64,000 nt of DNA from Verrucomicrobiaceae bacterium (GTDB lineage: Bacteria > Verrucomicrobiota > Verrucomicrobiia > Verrucomicrobiales > Verrucomicrobiaceae). The notes beneath the pieces are model-generated. The model had not been told where the DNA came from and ran no database searches. It worked only from the letters and a program-made list of their open reading frames with translations. This document shows positions 10,308-18,483 of the stretch, piece by piece. The stretch's first letter is position 1; each line of letters begins with the position of its first letter. Made by a program: the position numbers and the translations under genes. The stretch covers positions 98,085-162,084 of the forward strand of contig JAXMHS010000004.1 in assembly GCA_046346695.1 (NCBI GenBank). The letters run 5' to 3'.

Positions 10308-10352
10308 ACCCAGAATTCGAGATTTTCTCGGAACCCATAGCTCTAAGGAACC

Positions 10353-10805
10353 ATGTCCATGATCACCGGAACCAAACAACCAGCCAAAGACCACGCCAAA
10401 CTGGCAGATTTCATTCTGTTCAGCCAGCGTGAGTTCCTGCTGAATCTCTCCCGCGAGCTGAACCGAGACAACATCTCCTTCGCTCAGTTTTTCCTCCTCA
10501 GTTACCTCGCCACATCGAAGGAACTGACCATGACGGACATCGCACGCAAAATGGGCCACTCCACCGCCGCCGCCACGGGGCTCGTCGACCGCCTCGAAAA
10601 GCTCGGCTACATGGAGCGCACCCATGCTATCGACGATCGCCGCAAGGTGCTCGTCCGCATCACCTCCCGAGGCATTGAGCTCGTCAGCCGCCTGCGTGAC
10701 GAACTGCAAAATCAGATCGCCGATGCGATGAGCGAAACATCCTCCGAGGATGCCGCCAGCTTCATGAGTTCGTATCGTACGCTGGACACGGCGATGTCTC
10801 GCTAA
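10353..10805 (+). CDS. MarR-family transcriptional regulator
   Basis: ISFAQFFLL, TMTDIARKMG, ATGLVDRLEKLGYMER, DDRRKVLVRIT. Confidence 0.92.
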   Translation: MSMITGTKQPAKDHAKLADFILFSQREFLLNLSRELNRDNISFAQFFLLSYLATSKELTMTDIARKMGHSTAAATGLVDRLEKLGYMERTHAIDDRRKVLVRITSRGIELVSRLRDELQNQIADAMSETSSEDAASFMSSYRTLDTAMSR

Positions 10806-10832
10806 GCCAGCATTCTTCGTTTTTTTACTGGA

Positions 10833-10866
10833 GGCGCACGGTTTGTCCGTGCGCCTTTTTGTTTTT
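10833..10866 (+). terminator. Rho-independent terminator
   Basis: GGCGCACGG/CCGTGCGCC stem plus T-rich tail. Confidence 0.7.
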
Positions 10867-10883
10867 GATGGCAAACAAAGCCA

Positions 10884-11549
10884 ATGGAAGCAGCGCCCCT
10901 CTGGATGTCTTTTCCCGCCCTCGAAGCCCTTCCTGGCTTCGTCCATCGTTTTACGCTGCGCCATCCAGACATCGACGTGGACGAGGAGCGTGCCGTGGTG
11001 GTGGAACGCCTTTGGAACTGGCATCGTGAGCAGGTGGCCGAGCTGGGATTTGCCGGTCAGGCCCTTTGCATTGCACAGCAGGTGCATGGCGCGGATGTCG
11101 CCGTGGTGAGCGAGCCGCCTGCCGGGGTCATTTCGAATGTCGATGGCATCGTGAGCAACGCTCGTGGCCTCGTCATCGGCATCTATGTGGCCGATTGCTG
11201 CGCCGTGTATCTGGCGGACACTGGGACGGGAGCCTTCGGTGTGGTGCATTCAGGAAAGAAGGGCTCTGAACTCGGCATCACCACAAACGCGATTGCAAAG
11301 CTGCGCCGGGCCTTTGGCACCGATCCTGCCGATCTGCATGTGCAACTCAGCCCCTGCATCCGTCCCCCCGCCTACGAGGTCGACTTTGCAGCGCAGATTC
11401 GCCAGCAGGCGCTCGATGCGGGGGTTCCCGCCTCGCAGGTGCATGACACGGGCATCTGCACCTCTTCCGATTTGCGACGCTTCTATTCCTACCGCATGGA
11501 AAAAGGCCGCACAGGCCGCATGCTGGCCCTGCTCGGTCGCAAAAGCTGA
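10884..11549 (+). CDS. pgeF: Polyphenol oxidase-like / purine nucleoside phosphorylase YfiH (PgeF) family
   Basis: QQVHG, VADCCAV, VHSGKKG, SPCIRPPAYEV, ICTS..FYSYR..GRM. Confidence 0.85.
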   Translation: MEAAPLWMSFPALEALPGFVHRFTLRHPDIDVDEERAVVVERLWNWHREQVAELGFAGQALCIAQQVHGADVAVVSEPPAGVISNVDGIVSNARGLVIGIYVADCCAVYLADTGTGAFGVVHSGKKGSELGITTNAIAKLRRAFGTDPADLHVQLSPCIRPPAYEVDFAAQIRQQALDAGVPASQVHDTGICTSSDLRRFYSYRMEKGRTGRMLALLGRKS

Positions 11550-11558
11550 TCATCCACG

Positions 11559-12401
11559 ATGACCTTTCATTCTCCCGCCAAAATCAACCTCTGGCTGCGT
11601 GTCCTCGGCAAGCGCAACGACGGCTTCCATGAGGTGCAGACACGTCTCTGCCGGCTTGCATTGGGCGACACTGTCGAGATCGAGCATCGGGGCAAAGGCA
11701 TGCAAGTGGACCTCACGTGCTCCGACCCCACGGTGCCCTTGGACGAGTCAAATCTCGCCATGAAAGCCCTGCGGGCCTTCGAGAACCGCACAGGAAAGCA
11801 ATCCTCCTGGCGCTTGCATTTGGAGAAAAAAATTCCTGCTGGTGCCGGCCTCGGTGGAGGCAGCAGCAATGCAGCCACCGTGCTCCGCGCCTGCAACGAA
11901 CTCACCGGCAAGTCGCTCTCACAGACACAACTGATCGAACTTGGTGCACAGATTGGTTCCGACGTTCCCTGCTTCCTGCTCGACACACCCGCCGCTGATG
12001 GCGCGGGACGTGGCGAGCAGGTCACGCCTGCTGAATTCCCCTGGCAACTGCCCCTCGTGCTCATCAAGCCACCCTTTCCCATCCCCACGCCTTGGGCCTA
12101 CAAGCGCTGGGCAGGCGCAAAGGAAATCCCTGGCATCCTCTACGCTCCGCAGCTCTGCGAATGGGGCGCGATGGTGAATGACCTCGAACGCCCGGTGTTC
12201 GAAAAGTTCATCCTCCTGCCCACGCTCAAGATGTGGCTGCTCGAACAGGGGGAAGTCCGCGCCGCGCTCATGTCCGGCTCCGGCAGCACCATGTTCGCCA
12301 TCACCGACAATGCAGCGCAAACCACCGACCTTGTCGAAAGGGCGCGCGTCTGGTGCGGAGAGACCTCGTGGATTCAGGCCACCACCACGGCCGCAGCGTA
12401 A
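11559..12401 (+). CDS. ispE: 4-diphosphocytidyl-2-C-methyl-D-erythritol kinase
   Basis: PAKINLWLRVLGKRNDGFHE, KKIPAGAGLGGGSSNAA, IGSDVP, NDLE, MSGSGST. Confidence 0.95.
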   Translation: MTFHSPAKINLWLRVLGKRNDGFHEVQTRLCRLALGDTVEIEHRGKGMQVDLTCSDPTVPLDESNLAMKALRAFENRTGKQSSWRLHLEKKIPAGAGLGGGSSNAATVLRACNELTGKSLSQTQLIELGAQIGSDVPCFLLDTPAADGAGRGEQVTPAEFPWQLPLVLIKPPFPIPTPWAYKRWAGAKEIPGILYAPQLCEWGAMVNDLERPVFEKFILLPTLKMWLLEQGEVRAALMSGSGSTMFAITDNAAQTTDLVERARVWCGETSWIQATTTAAA

Positions 12402-12433
12402 GCTTTTGCCTGAAAAAGTTCGGGGCCGGACGG

Positions 12434-12594
12434 CTCCCGATTCCGTCCGGCCCCTGGTTTGATCAACCTCAACTTAGACCTGCGGTGAAGCAGGGTTTCA
12501 GTTAACAACCAATCACTCTCAAGACCCAGTCTATGGAGGGCTTTTTAGTTCCCCGCATGAACTGTTGAGTGCTTAGTCACGGAGGCTCCGGAAG
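12434..12594 (-). ncRNA. Candidate 6S RNA-like structured RNA
   Basis: Manual folding gives end-to-end pairing (UCCGG/CCGGA, CUCAAC/GUUGAG, UGCGG.GAA/UUC.CCGCA) with a central A-rich bubble; followed by an alternative terminator hairpin and U-run; no CDS here. Confidence 0.55.
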
Positions 12595-12667
12595 TGTTGA
12601 AAAAAGTTGGCGAAAAGTTTTGCTCAAGGCCGGTTCCCCTCCCCCGTTTCCTTTTCCGTCCCGCTCC

Positions 12668-13420
12668 ATGCCTGATCTTCACGACCTTACAGCCGAAGAA
12701 CGAGCCATCTACGAATGGCAGATGTGGGTGCCTGGTGTCGGCGAAGAAGGCCAGCGCAAGCTGAAAGCCACCTCTGTTCTCGTCTCCCGTGTCGGCGGCT
12801 TGGGCGGTCTTGTGGCGCTGGAACTTGCCGCCGCTGGCGTCGGCCGCCTCATTCTCGCTCATGCAGGCGACTTGCAGCCTTCCGATCTCAACCGTCAGCT
12901 TCTGCAAACCCACGACCACATCGGCAAGCCACGCATCGACTCCATCGTCCGCCGCCTGCGCGATCTCAATCCGCGCTGCGACATCATCGGCATCCCGGAA
13001 AACGTCAGCGACGCGAATGCCGACGCTCTTGTCGCGCAGGCCGACTACATCGTCGATGCCGCACCGCTGTTCCAAGAGCGGCTTGCGCTCAATGCTGCCG
13101 CCTTCCGCGCCCGCAAGCCCATGGTCGAGTGCGCCATGCACACACTGGAAGCCAGCGTCACCACCTTCGTTCCCGGAGAAACCGGCTGCCTCGCCTGCTA
13201 CGTCCCCGAAGTGCCCTCTTCGTGGAAGCGACAGTTCCCCGTCTTCGGTGCTGTTTCCGGCACGGCCGCCTGCATCGGCGCGATGGAGGTCATCAAGCTC
13301 ATCACCGGTATCGGCAACACCTTGAAGGGTGAGTTGCTATCGATCGACCTCGCCTCCATGCAGTTTCGCAAAGTCCGCCTCCCAAAGCGTGCTGGTTGCC
13401 CTGTCTGCGGCCAGATTTGA
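12668..13420 (+). CDS. HesA/MoeB/ThiF-family E1-like protein (degenerate nucleotide-binding loop)
   Basis: GEEGQRKLK, SRVGGLGG, SDLNRQLL, CLAC and C-terminal CPVCG zinc pairs. Confidence 0.85.
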   Translation: MPDLHDLTAEERAIYEWQMWVPGVGEEGQRKLKATSVLVSRVGGLGGLVALELAAAGVGRLILAHAGDLQPSDLNRQLLQTHDHIGKPRIDSIVRRLRDLNPRCDIIGIPENVSDANADALVAQADYIVDAAPLFQERLALNAAAFRARKPMVECAMHTLEASVTTFVPGETGCLACYVPEVPSSWKRQFPVFGAVSGTAACIGAMEVIKLITGIGNTLKGELLSIDLASMQFRKVRLPKRAGCPVCGQI

Positions 13421-13437
13421 AAGCAGAAGGGTGGCCG

Positions 13438-14394
13438 CTATGGCGGGGCGAACTTCACGGTGACACCCCGCAGTTTCGTCGCCGTGGCTTCTCCGCGTTC
13501 CTTGCCAAGCACACACATGGCTGTGGCCAGCGCATCGCTGGTGGTACAATCTGGGGCGATGACCGTGCAGGCGATGCGTTCTGTGAGCCCAAGACCGGTC
13601 TTTGGAGAAACAATGTGGGAGTAACGCGAGCCGTCGATCTCGACGAACTGATACAAATCACCCGAGGTTGAGACGCCACAGTTCTTCAAGCGTCTCGTCT
13701 CCAAGGGTTCAGTGCCATCGGACGACGAATGCTGGAAGGTGCGCAGTTTGACCTCCCAGGTGTCTTCGTCGGGTGGTGGGTCGCCGATGGCGATGTCACC
13801 ACCTGCGATGACAAGAGCGCGAGTGATGCCGCGCTCGCCCAAAATGTGCAGCGCGGCATCGGCAGCATAACCTTTGGCGATGCCACCCAGGTCGATGAGC
13901 ATGCCGGGTTTGGTGAGCATGATGGTTTGCGTTTGTGAATCGAGTTGAACACCGCGCCATCCAGTGGCGGCGATGGCCTGCTGAAGACGGTCAGCGGGCG
14001 GCAGTCGCTTTACACGCTTTGTGTGACGCCAGAGGCGCGTGAGGTTGCCACAGGTCGGATCGAATGCGCCTTCAGTAACGCGGGCGAGATCCAACGCACG
14101 TGACATGATGTCAAAAAGCGCCGGACTGGCCTTGAAGGGCACGTTGGGACCAGCGTTGCAGAGCCGCATGACTTCGCTGTTCGGTTCGTAGTCGGAAAAA
14201 GCCGCGTTGAGTTCGCCAATGCGTTTGAAGGCGGCATCAGCGGCAGCTTCCGCTGTCATCTTTGAGTCTGCATGCAATGCGATGTGAAACGTGGTGGCCA
14301 TCAACGGCGCGGTGAAGTCAAACCGCTCCAGCGCATGTGCGGCTGGCGCCCAAGTGCAAAACCAGAGCAAGACACGAAGCATCACAGCCCTCAT
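13438..14394 (-). CDS. apbE: FAD:protein FMN transferase ApbE
   Basis: LMATTF, FSDYEPNSEV, GAFDPT, IDLGGIAKGYA, STSGD, SHIVSPKTG, SDALATA. Confidence 0.92.
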   Translation of the reverse strand: MRAVMLRVLLWFCTWAPAAHALERFDFTAPLMATTFHIALHADSKMTAEAAADAAFKRIGELNAAFSDYEPNSEVMRLCNAGPNVPFKASPALFDIMSRALDLARVTEGAFDPTCGNLTRLWRHTKRVKRLPPADRLQQAIAATGWRGVQLDSQTQTIMLTKPGMLIDLGGIAKGYAADAALHILGERGITRALVIAGGDIAIGDPPPDEDTWEVKLRTFQHSSSDGTEPLETRRLKNCGVSTSGDLYQFVEIDGSRYSHIVSPKTGLGLTERIACTVIAPDCTTSDALATAMCVLGKERGEATATKLRGVTVKFAPP

Positions 14395-15401
14395 CGTGCC
14401 GCCTTCACCTGATCCCAGACTTTCGTGTACTTCGCGAGGTCTGTGCCAAGATCCTCAATGACCTCACATTTGGCCTGGATGTCGGCTGGAATGGTGACTG
14501 CAGGATTCTTCAAAAATTCAGGACTGACCTTCTCAAGCGCAGGTTTGTTGGGGCAGTAGTAACCCATCCACTCCATGTTTTCAGCGGCGACGACCGGATC
14601 GAGGACGAAATTGATGAAGGCGTGGGCGAGATCAGCCTGCTTCGAGGTCTTGGGGATGACCATTTCGTCACAGCCAATGGTCACGCCTTCCCGCGGCACA
14701 AGAATCTCAACCTTCGGGTTTTCCATCTGCACTTGAAAAAGGTCGCCACTGTAACCGTGAACAAGGAGAAATTCCGCCGAATCGATCCCGGTCTTGTAGC
14801 CTTCGTTGTCGAAGCGGGCGATGTTTTTCTTCCAGCGAATAAGCACGTCACGCGCGGCGGCAAGTTGGGCGTCGTCACGGGTGTTGATGCTGTGGCCGAG
14901 AAACTTAAGCGCGGCACCAATGCTTTCGCGCATATCATCGAGTAGCGTGACGCGACCTGCGAGCGCGGCGCGGTCAAACATCGCCCAGCTTGGCTCAGCA
15001 CCCTTCACTTTGTCTTTGCGCACCGCGATCACGGCATAACCCAGCGTGTACGGCACGCTATGCTCCATGGTTTTGTCCGCCACCTTCGCCAGCACGGCAG
15101 GGTCGATATTGGGCAGGTTGGGAATCTTTGAATGATCGAGCATGGCGAGCATTCCCTGCGCACGCATGACCTGGATCATGTAAGCGGTGGGAAACACGAG
15201 ATCATAACCGGTGGCGCCTGCCTTGAACTTGGCGAACATGCTCTCGTTCGAGTCAAAGGTGTCGATCACCACCTCGCAGCGATGCTGCTTCTCGAACTTT
15301 TTGACCACATCGGGGCTGATGTAGTCCGCCCAGGTGTAAACGTGCAGGGTTTCTGCGCGAGCAGCGACAGCAAGCAAGCAGAGGAGGAAGATCGTCTTCA
15401 T
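14391..15401 (-). CDS. potD: Spermidine/putrescine ABC transporter substrate-binding protein (PotD/PotF-like)
   Basis: LHVYTWADYI, DTFDSNESM, GYDLVFPTAY, LLDDMRE, PREG. Confidence 0.85.
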   Translation of the reverse strand: MKTIFLLCLLAVAARAETLHVYTWADYISPDVVKKFEKQHRCEVVIDTFDSNESMFAKFKAGATGYDLVFPTAYMIQVMRAQGMLAMLDHSKIPNLPNIDPAVLAKVADKTMEHSVPYTLGYAVIAVRKDKVKGAEPSWAMFDRAALAGRVTLLDDMRESIGAALKFLGHSINTRDDAQLAAARDVLIRWKKNIARFDNEGYKTGIDSAEFLLVHGYSGDLFQVQMENPKVEILVPREGVTIGCDEMVIPKTSKQADLAHAFINFVLDPVVAAENMEWMGYYCPNKPALEKVSPEFLKNPAVTIPADIQAKCEVIEDLGTDLAKYTKVWDQVKAAR

Positions 15402-15994
15402 GCAACAGCAGGTTGAAGCATCGGGATGCCCGCTTGGCGGCGGCAGGCGGCCTCAGTGTTATAAGCCGCGAGCAGCAAGCAGGAGAAAACGAGATCACTG
15501 ATCAGCGATTGGCGCAAAAACCAGGTGGTGGGCGGCATGCCTGGCAGGCCCACACCTGTGGTCAGCGCTCTCACCCAGCCCGCAAGATTCTTCGCGTAAG
15601 CGGGATCGGCGAGCCATGACACGGTGTTCGTCACGAGGTAAAAGCCGATCGAGCAGCTTATGACACCAAGCAATCCCCCCACCAGCCCGACTTTCCCCCG
15701 GCAACGGGCCGCCATCCAAGCCGCCAGGCCGAAGCAACCATAAACGGCCACTGCTTCCCAGTGCAGCACGTCCTTCATACTTGTGGCCAGAATGCCAATG
15801 AGGACAAGCAAGCCCGGGATAATCAGGAATGACACACGCTTCGGGAACACCAGCGTGCCAGTAAATGCCAGCGCCATCCACGGCGTGAAATTCTCAAGCA
15901 TCGCGAAGTGCAGATGTCCTGCGAGTTTGGCATAACGGAACGCTGCGGCAGCAAGCACCAGGAGGATGGGCAGAACGATGGAACGTGAGTTCAT
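15398..15994 (-). CDS. Integral membrane protein, DUF6580-like putative transporter component
   Basis: NFTPWMALAF, FYLVTNTVSW, Y...GWV..LT.G, SDLVF pattern; about 5-6 TM; alternative start 16006. Confidence 0.6.
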   Translation of the reverse strand: MNSRSIVLPILLVLAAAAFRYAKLAGHLHFAMLENFTPWMALAFTGTLVFPKRVSFLIIPGLLVLIGILATSMKDVLHWEAVAVYGCFGLAAWMAARCRGKVGLVGGLLGVISCSIGFYLVTNTVSWLADPAYAKNLAGWVRALTTGVGLPGMPPTTWFLRQSLISDLVFSCLLLAAYNTEAACRRQAGIPMLQPAVA

Positions 15995-16042
15995 GGGAAA
16001 AATCATGTAAATGGGAGTGCCCCTCGGAGCGAACAGTGAGGA

Positions 16043-16147
16043 ATGACGGTGTTCGAAGGACTAATGAAGTCCAAATCGCAAATGTCGAATCCCATTGCGG
16101 CAGCTTTGGTTACTCTGACTCTCATTCATTCGTCATTCTGGATTCAG
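16043..16147. repeat. GAATGAC/GTCATTC intergenic inverted-repeat element (degenerate copy)
   Basis: Contains CATTCATTCGTCATTCTG (16123-16140), identical to 29209-29226. Confidence 0.6.
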
Positions 16148-16189
16148 TAAACGTCGTCGAAAAAGCCGTTAGCACAGGCAGCATGAAAA

Positions 16190-16438
16190 TCACACGGCCA
16201 CGCCCTTTTTCCGCAAAAACGGCACCAGCTCATCCACTCCAAAGTCCGCAAGCACTTCGCCGTCCCAATCCATCGTCGGAGCCTTGGACTGGCCGCTGAG
16301 GTCGATCATGGCCTGCATGGCCTCGCGGTTGCCGCTGACGACCACTTTCTCATGGGGGATGCGCCGGGCGTCGAGGTAGTCGAGCACCTCCTCACACCAC
16401 GGGCAGCCGGTTTTGACATAAAGCACGGGTTTGCTCAT
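16190..16438 (-). CDS. Glutaredoxin-family protein
   Basis: LYVKTGCPWC, SGQSKAPTM. Confidence 0.9.
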   Translation of the reverse strand: MSKPVLYVKTGCPWCEEVLDYLDARRIPHEKVVVSGNREAMQAMIDLSGQSKAPTMDWDGEVLADFGVDELVPFLRKKGVAV

Positions 16439-16494
16439 GCGGGGATGATGCCGCAGCGACGACGAAGAGCAAGAATCGCGTCAGGGATTCGCGG

Positions 16495-16523
16495 TTGACC
16501 ATCCCGGCTGCGGCGATTAGGGT
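16495..16523 (+). promoter_or_regulatory. Sigma70-like promoter upstream of the RRM gene
   Basis: TTGACC-N17-TAGGGT, about 380 nt upstream of the likely ATG. Confidence 0.5.
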
Positions 16524-16903
16524 CAATGCGCAGTTTTCTGAGCGTCTCATCGTTGCTCCGACTCTCTGTCCTCCGACCGCCATCCTCGAATGCGCCATCT
16601 CCAACCCAAGACTGTGCCAAGGGAGCCGTTCCAACGGACGGAAGAAGGAACAAGACGCCTGAAAGTGACCTCCAGTGTGGCTTCAGTGCCCGCTGTTGAG
16701 TCCTTTGAGCCAGCCGTGCTGTCGCAGCCCGGCTTCGAAAACTGCAGCAGCCCGTGGTGGTGCTGTGGCAGACCGCATGTGCGGTCCGCCCCGCGCCGCG
16801 GAGCCGTGGAAGAGGCACGCCGCCCGCTCCCGCCCGCCGCCATCTCCAGCACCCCGGCCTGCTTGAACACGCAAACGCCCAACACCCACGCACAAACATC
16901 CGC

Positions 16904-17479
16904 ATGTCTGAATCCTCAAACCGCAACCGACGCCGCCGCAATCGCAACCGTGGCCCGCGTCCCAACCGCGATCAGCGCGACACCCGTCAACCCACCGGCC
17001 CGTCCGGCCTGCAGAAATTCCTGAACGTCATCAGCTTCGGCCTTCTGGGCGGTGGCAAGAAAGCCAGCCCCAAACCCCAGGCACGTCCTGCTGCCATCGA
17101 ATCCGCGCCGCGCCCGCAGCGTGAGCCGCGCCCGCGTCGTGAAGCAGCGGTCAATCCTGCCGAGATCACAACCGAACGCCTCTACGTCGGCAATCTCTCC
17201 TATGACGCCACCGAGAGCGACTTGTTTGAGTTGTTCAACGGTGTCGGCAACGTGCGTAACGCCGAAGTGGTCGTCAACAGCCGCACCCAGCGCTCCAAAG
17301 GTTTTGCCTTTGTGACGATGGGTGGCATCGACGAGGCCCGCCGCGCCGTGCAGGAACTCAATGGCAAGGACTTTATGGGCCGCCCGCTGCAACTTAGCGG
17401 TGCAAAGCCGAACACTCGCGGTGGTGGCGATTCCCCCTCTACGGAGGAGTCTCAGCCAGAAGAAAAAGCCGCCGCCTGA
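16904..17479 (+). CDS. RNA-binding protein (RRM) with Arg-rich N-terminus
   Basis: RNP2 LYVGNLSY, RNP1 KGFAFVTM. Confidence 0.9.
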   Translation: MSESSNRNRRRRNRNRGPRPNRDQRDTRQPTGPSGLQKFLNVISFGLLGGGKKASPKPQARPAAIESAPRPQREPRPRREAAVNPAEITTERLYVGNLSYDATESDLFELFNGVGNVRNAEVVVNSRTQRSKGFAFVTMGGIDEARRAVQELNGKDFMGRPLQLSGAKPNTRGGGDSPSTEESQPEEKAAA

Positions 17480-17497
17480 TCCGCTCATCTTATTCGC

Positions 17498-17540
17498 GAC
17501 GCCCGCAGGCTTGTCATGATCCTGCGGGCGTCTTTTTTTT
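17498..17540 (+). terminator. Rho-independent terminator
   Basis: GACGCCCGCAGG/CCTGCGGGCGTC stem plus T8. Confidence 0.85.
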
Positions 17541-17616
17541 GCCGCAGGAAAGAAAAAATGTGTCGGACAGTGAACAAAAGCTTGTTGTGTGACTTCCAAT
17601 ACCCCCGAAACCCACC

Positions 17617-18462
17617 ATGCCTGCTTCCCCTTTGCTAGACCGGGAACCCGAACCCGGCAATGCGATGACCAGCGCTCCTGTCGTCCAAGTCACTCCCGAA
17701 GAAGTCCGAGCGGACGAGCATTTTTGCAGCCTGTTGGATGATCGCGCGCTGCTCAGCGGTCCGAACCGCCGTCTGCTCGACCTGCGGCTGCTTTACAGCG
17801 TTGCGAGGGATTTCATGCGAGGCTTCCGAGCCCTGCATTTCGTGGGGCCGTGCATCACGATGTTTGGTTCGGCGAGATTCGATGAAAACCACCGCTACTA
17901 CCGGCTGGCGCGGCAGATGGGCGCGGCCGTCGCGAAGATGGGCTTCACGGTGATGACTGGAGGAGGTCCTGGCATCATGGAGGCCGGCAATCGTGGCGCC
18001 AAAGAAGCAGGAGGACGCAGCGTTGGCTGCAACATCCGCCTGGCATTCGAGCAAAATCCCAATCCTTACCTCGACCGCTGGGTGACGATGGAGCACTTCT
18101 TCGTGCGCAAAACACTGCTCATCAAATACAGCTATGGCTTTGTCATCATGCCCGGCGGGTTTGGCACGATGGATGAAATGTTCGAAGCCCTGACTTTGAT
18201 CCAGACCCGCAAAATCAAAAGCTTCCCCATCGTCATCATGGGAGGCGACTACTGGCCGGAGATGCGCCAGTTCATGGAACACATGCTTGCAGGCGGTACT
18301 ATCAGCCCTGAGGACCTGGATCTGATCCGCTGGACCGACTCCGTGGACGAGGCGGTGGCTCACCTGCAGGAAAAAGCCGTGCGACAGTTTGGACTGCGCC
18401 ACCCACGTGTGCCGCAGCACAATCGGTGGCTGGGTGAGAAGGCACTTGAAGGCGCGCATTGA
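17617..18462 (+). CDS. LOG / TIGR00730 family Rossmann-fold protein
   Basis: TMFGSAR, TGGGPGIMEAGNRGA, HFFVRK, PGGFGTMDE. Confidence 0.92.
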   Translation: MPASPLLDREPEPGNAMTSAPVVQVTPEEVRADEHFCSLLDDRALLSGPNRRLLDLRLLYSVARDFMRGFRALHFVGPCITMFGSARFDENHRYYRLARQMGAAVAKMGFTVMTGGGPGIMEAGNRGAKEAGGRSVGCNIRLAFEQNPNPYLDRWVTMEHFFVRKTLLIKYSYGFVIMPGGFGTMDEMFEALTLIQTRKIKSFPIVIMGGDYWPEMRQFMEHMLAGGTISPEDLDLIRWTDSVDEAVAHLQEKAVRQFGLRHPRVPQHNRWLGEKALEGAH

Positions 18463-18483
18463 AACGTCACACTTCGCGCCCAG

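Noticed and set aside
12402-12667. TPP/Moco riboswitch for the downstream MoeB/ThiF-like gene, or SRP RNA/tmRNA
   Set aside because: Lacks the CTGAGA/TPP core, the SRP GGAA helix-8 motif and tRNA-like ends; a minus-strand rod fits better.
16006-16190. Cobalamin riboswitch upstream of the DUF6580-like gene
   Set aside because: No B12-box or GGGAA/GCCACTG core found; the region is occupied by the GAATGAC repeat.
16435-17024. ORFs 16435-16965(-) and 16590-17024(+) as real genes
   Set aside because: Low-complexity Arg/Ala/Pro products that overlap the RRM gene and its leader; no motifs.
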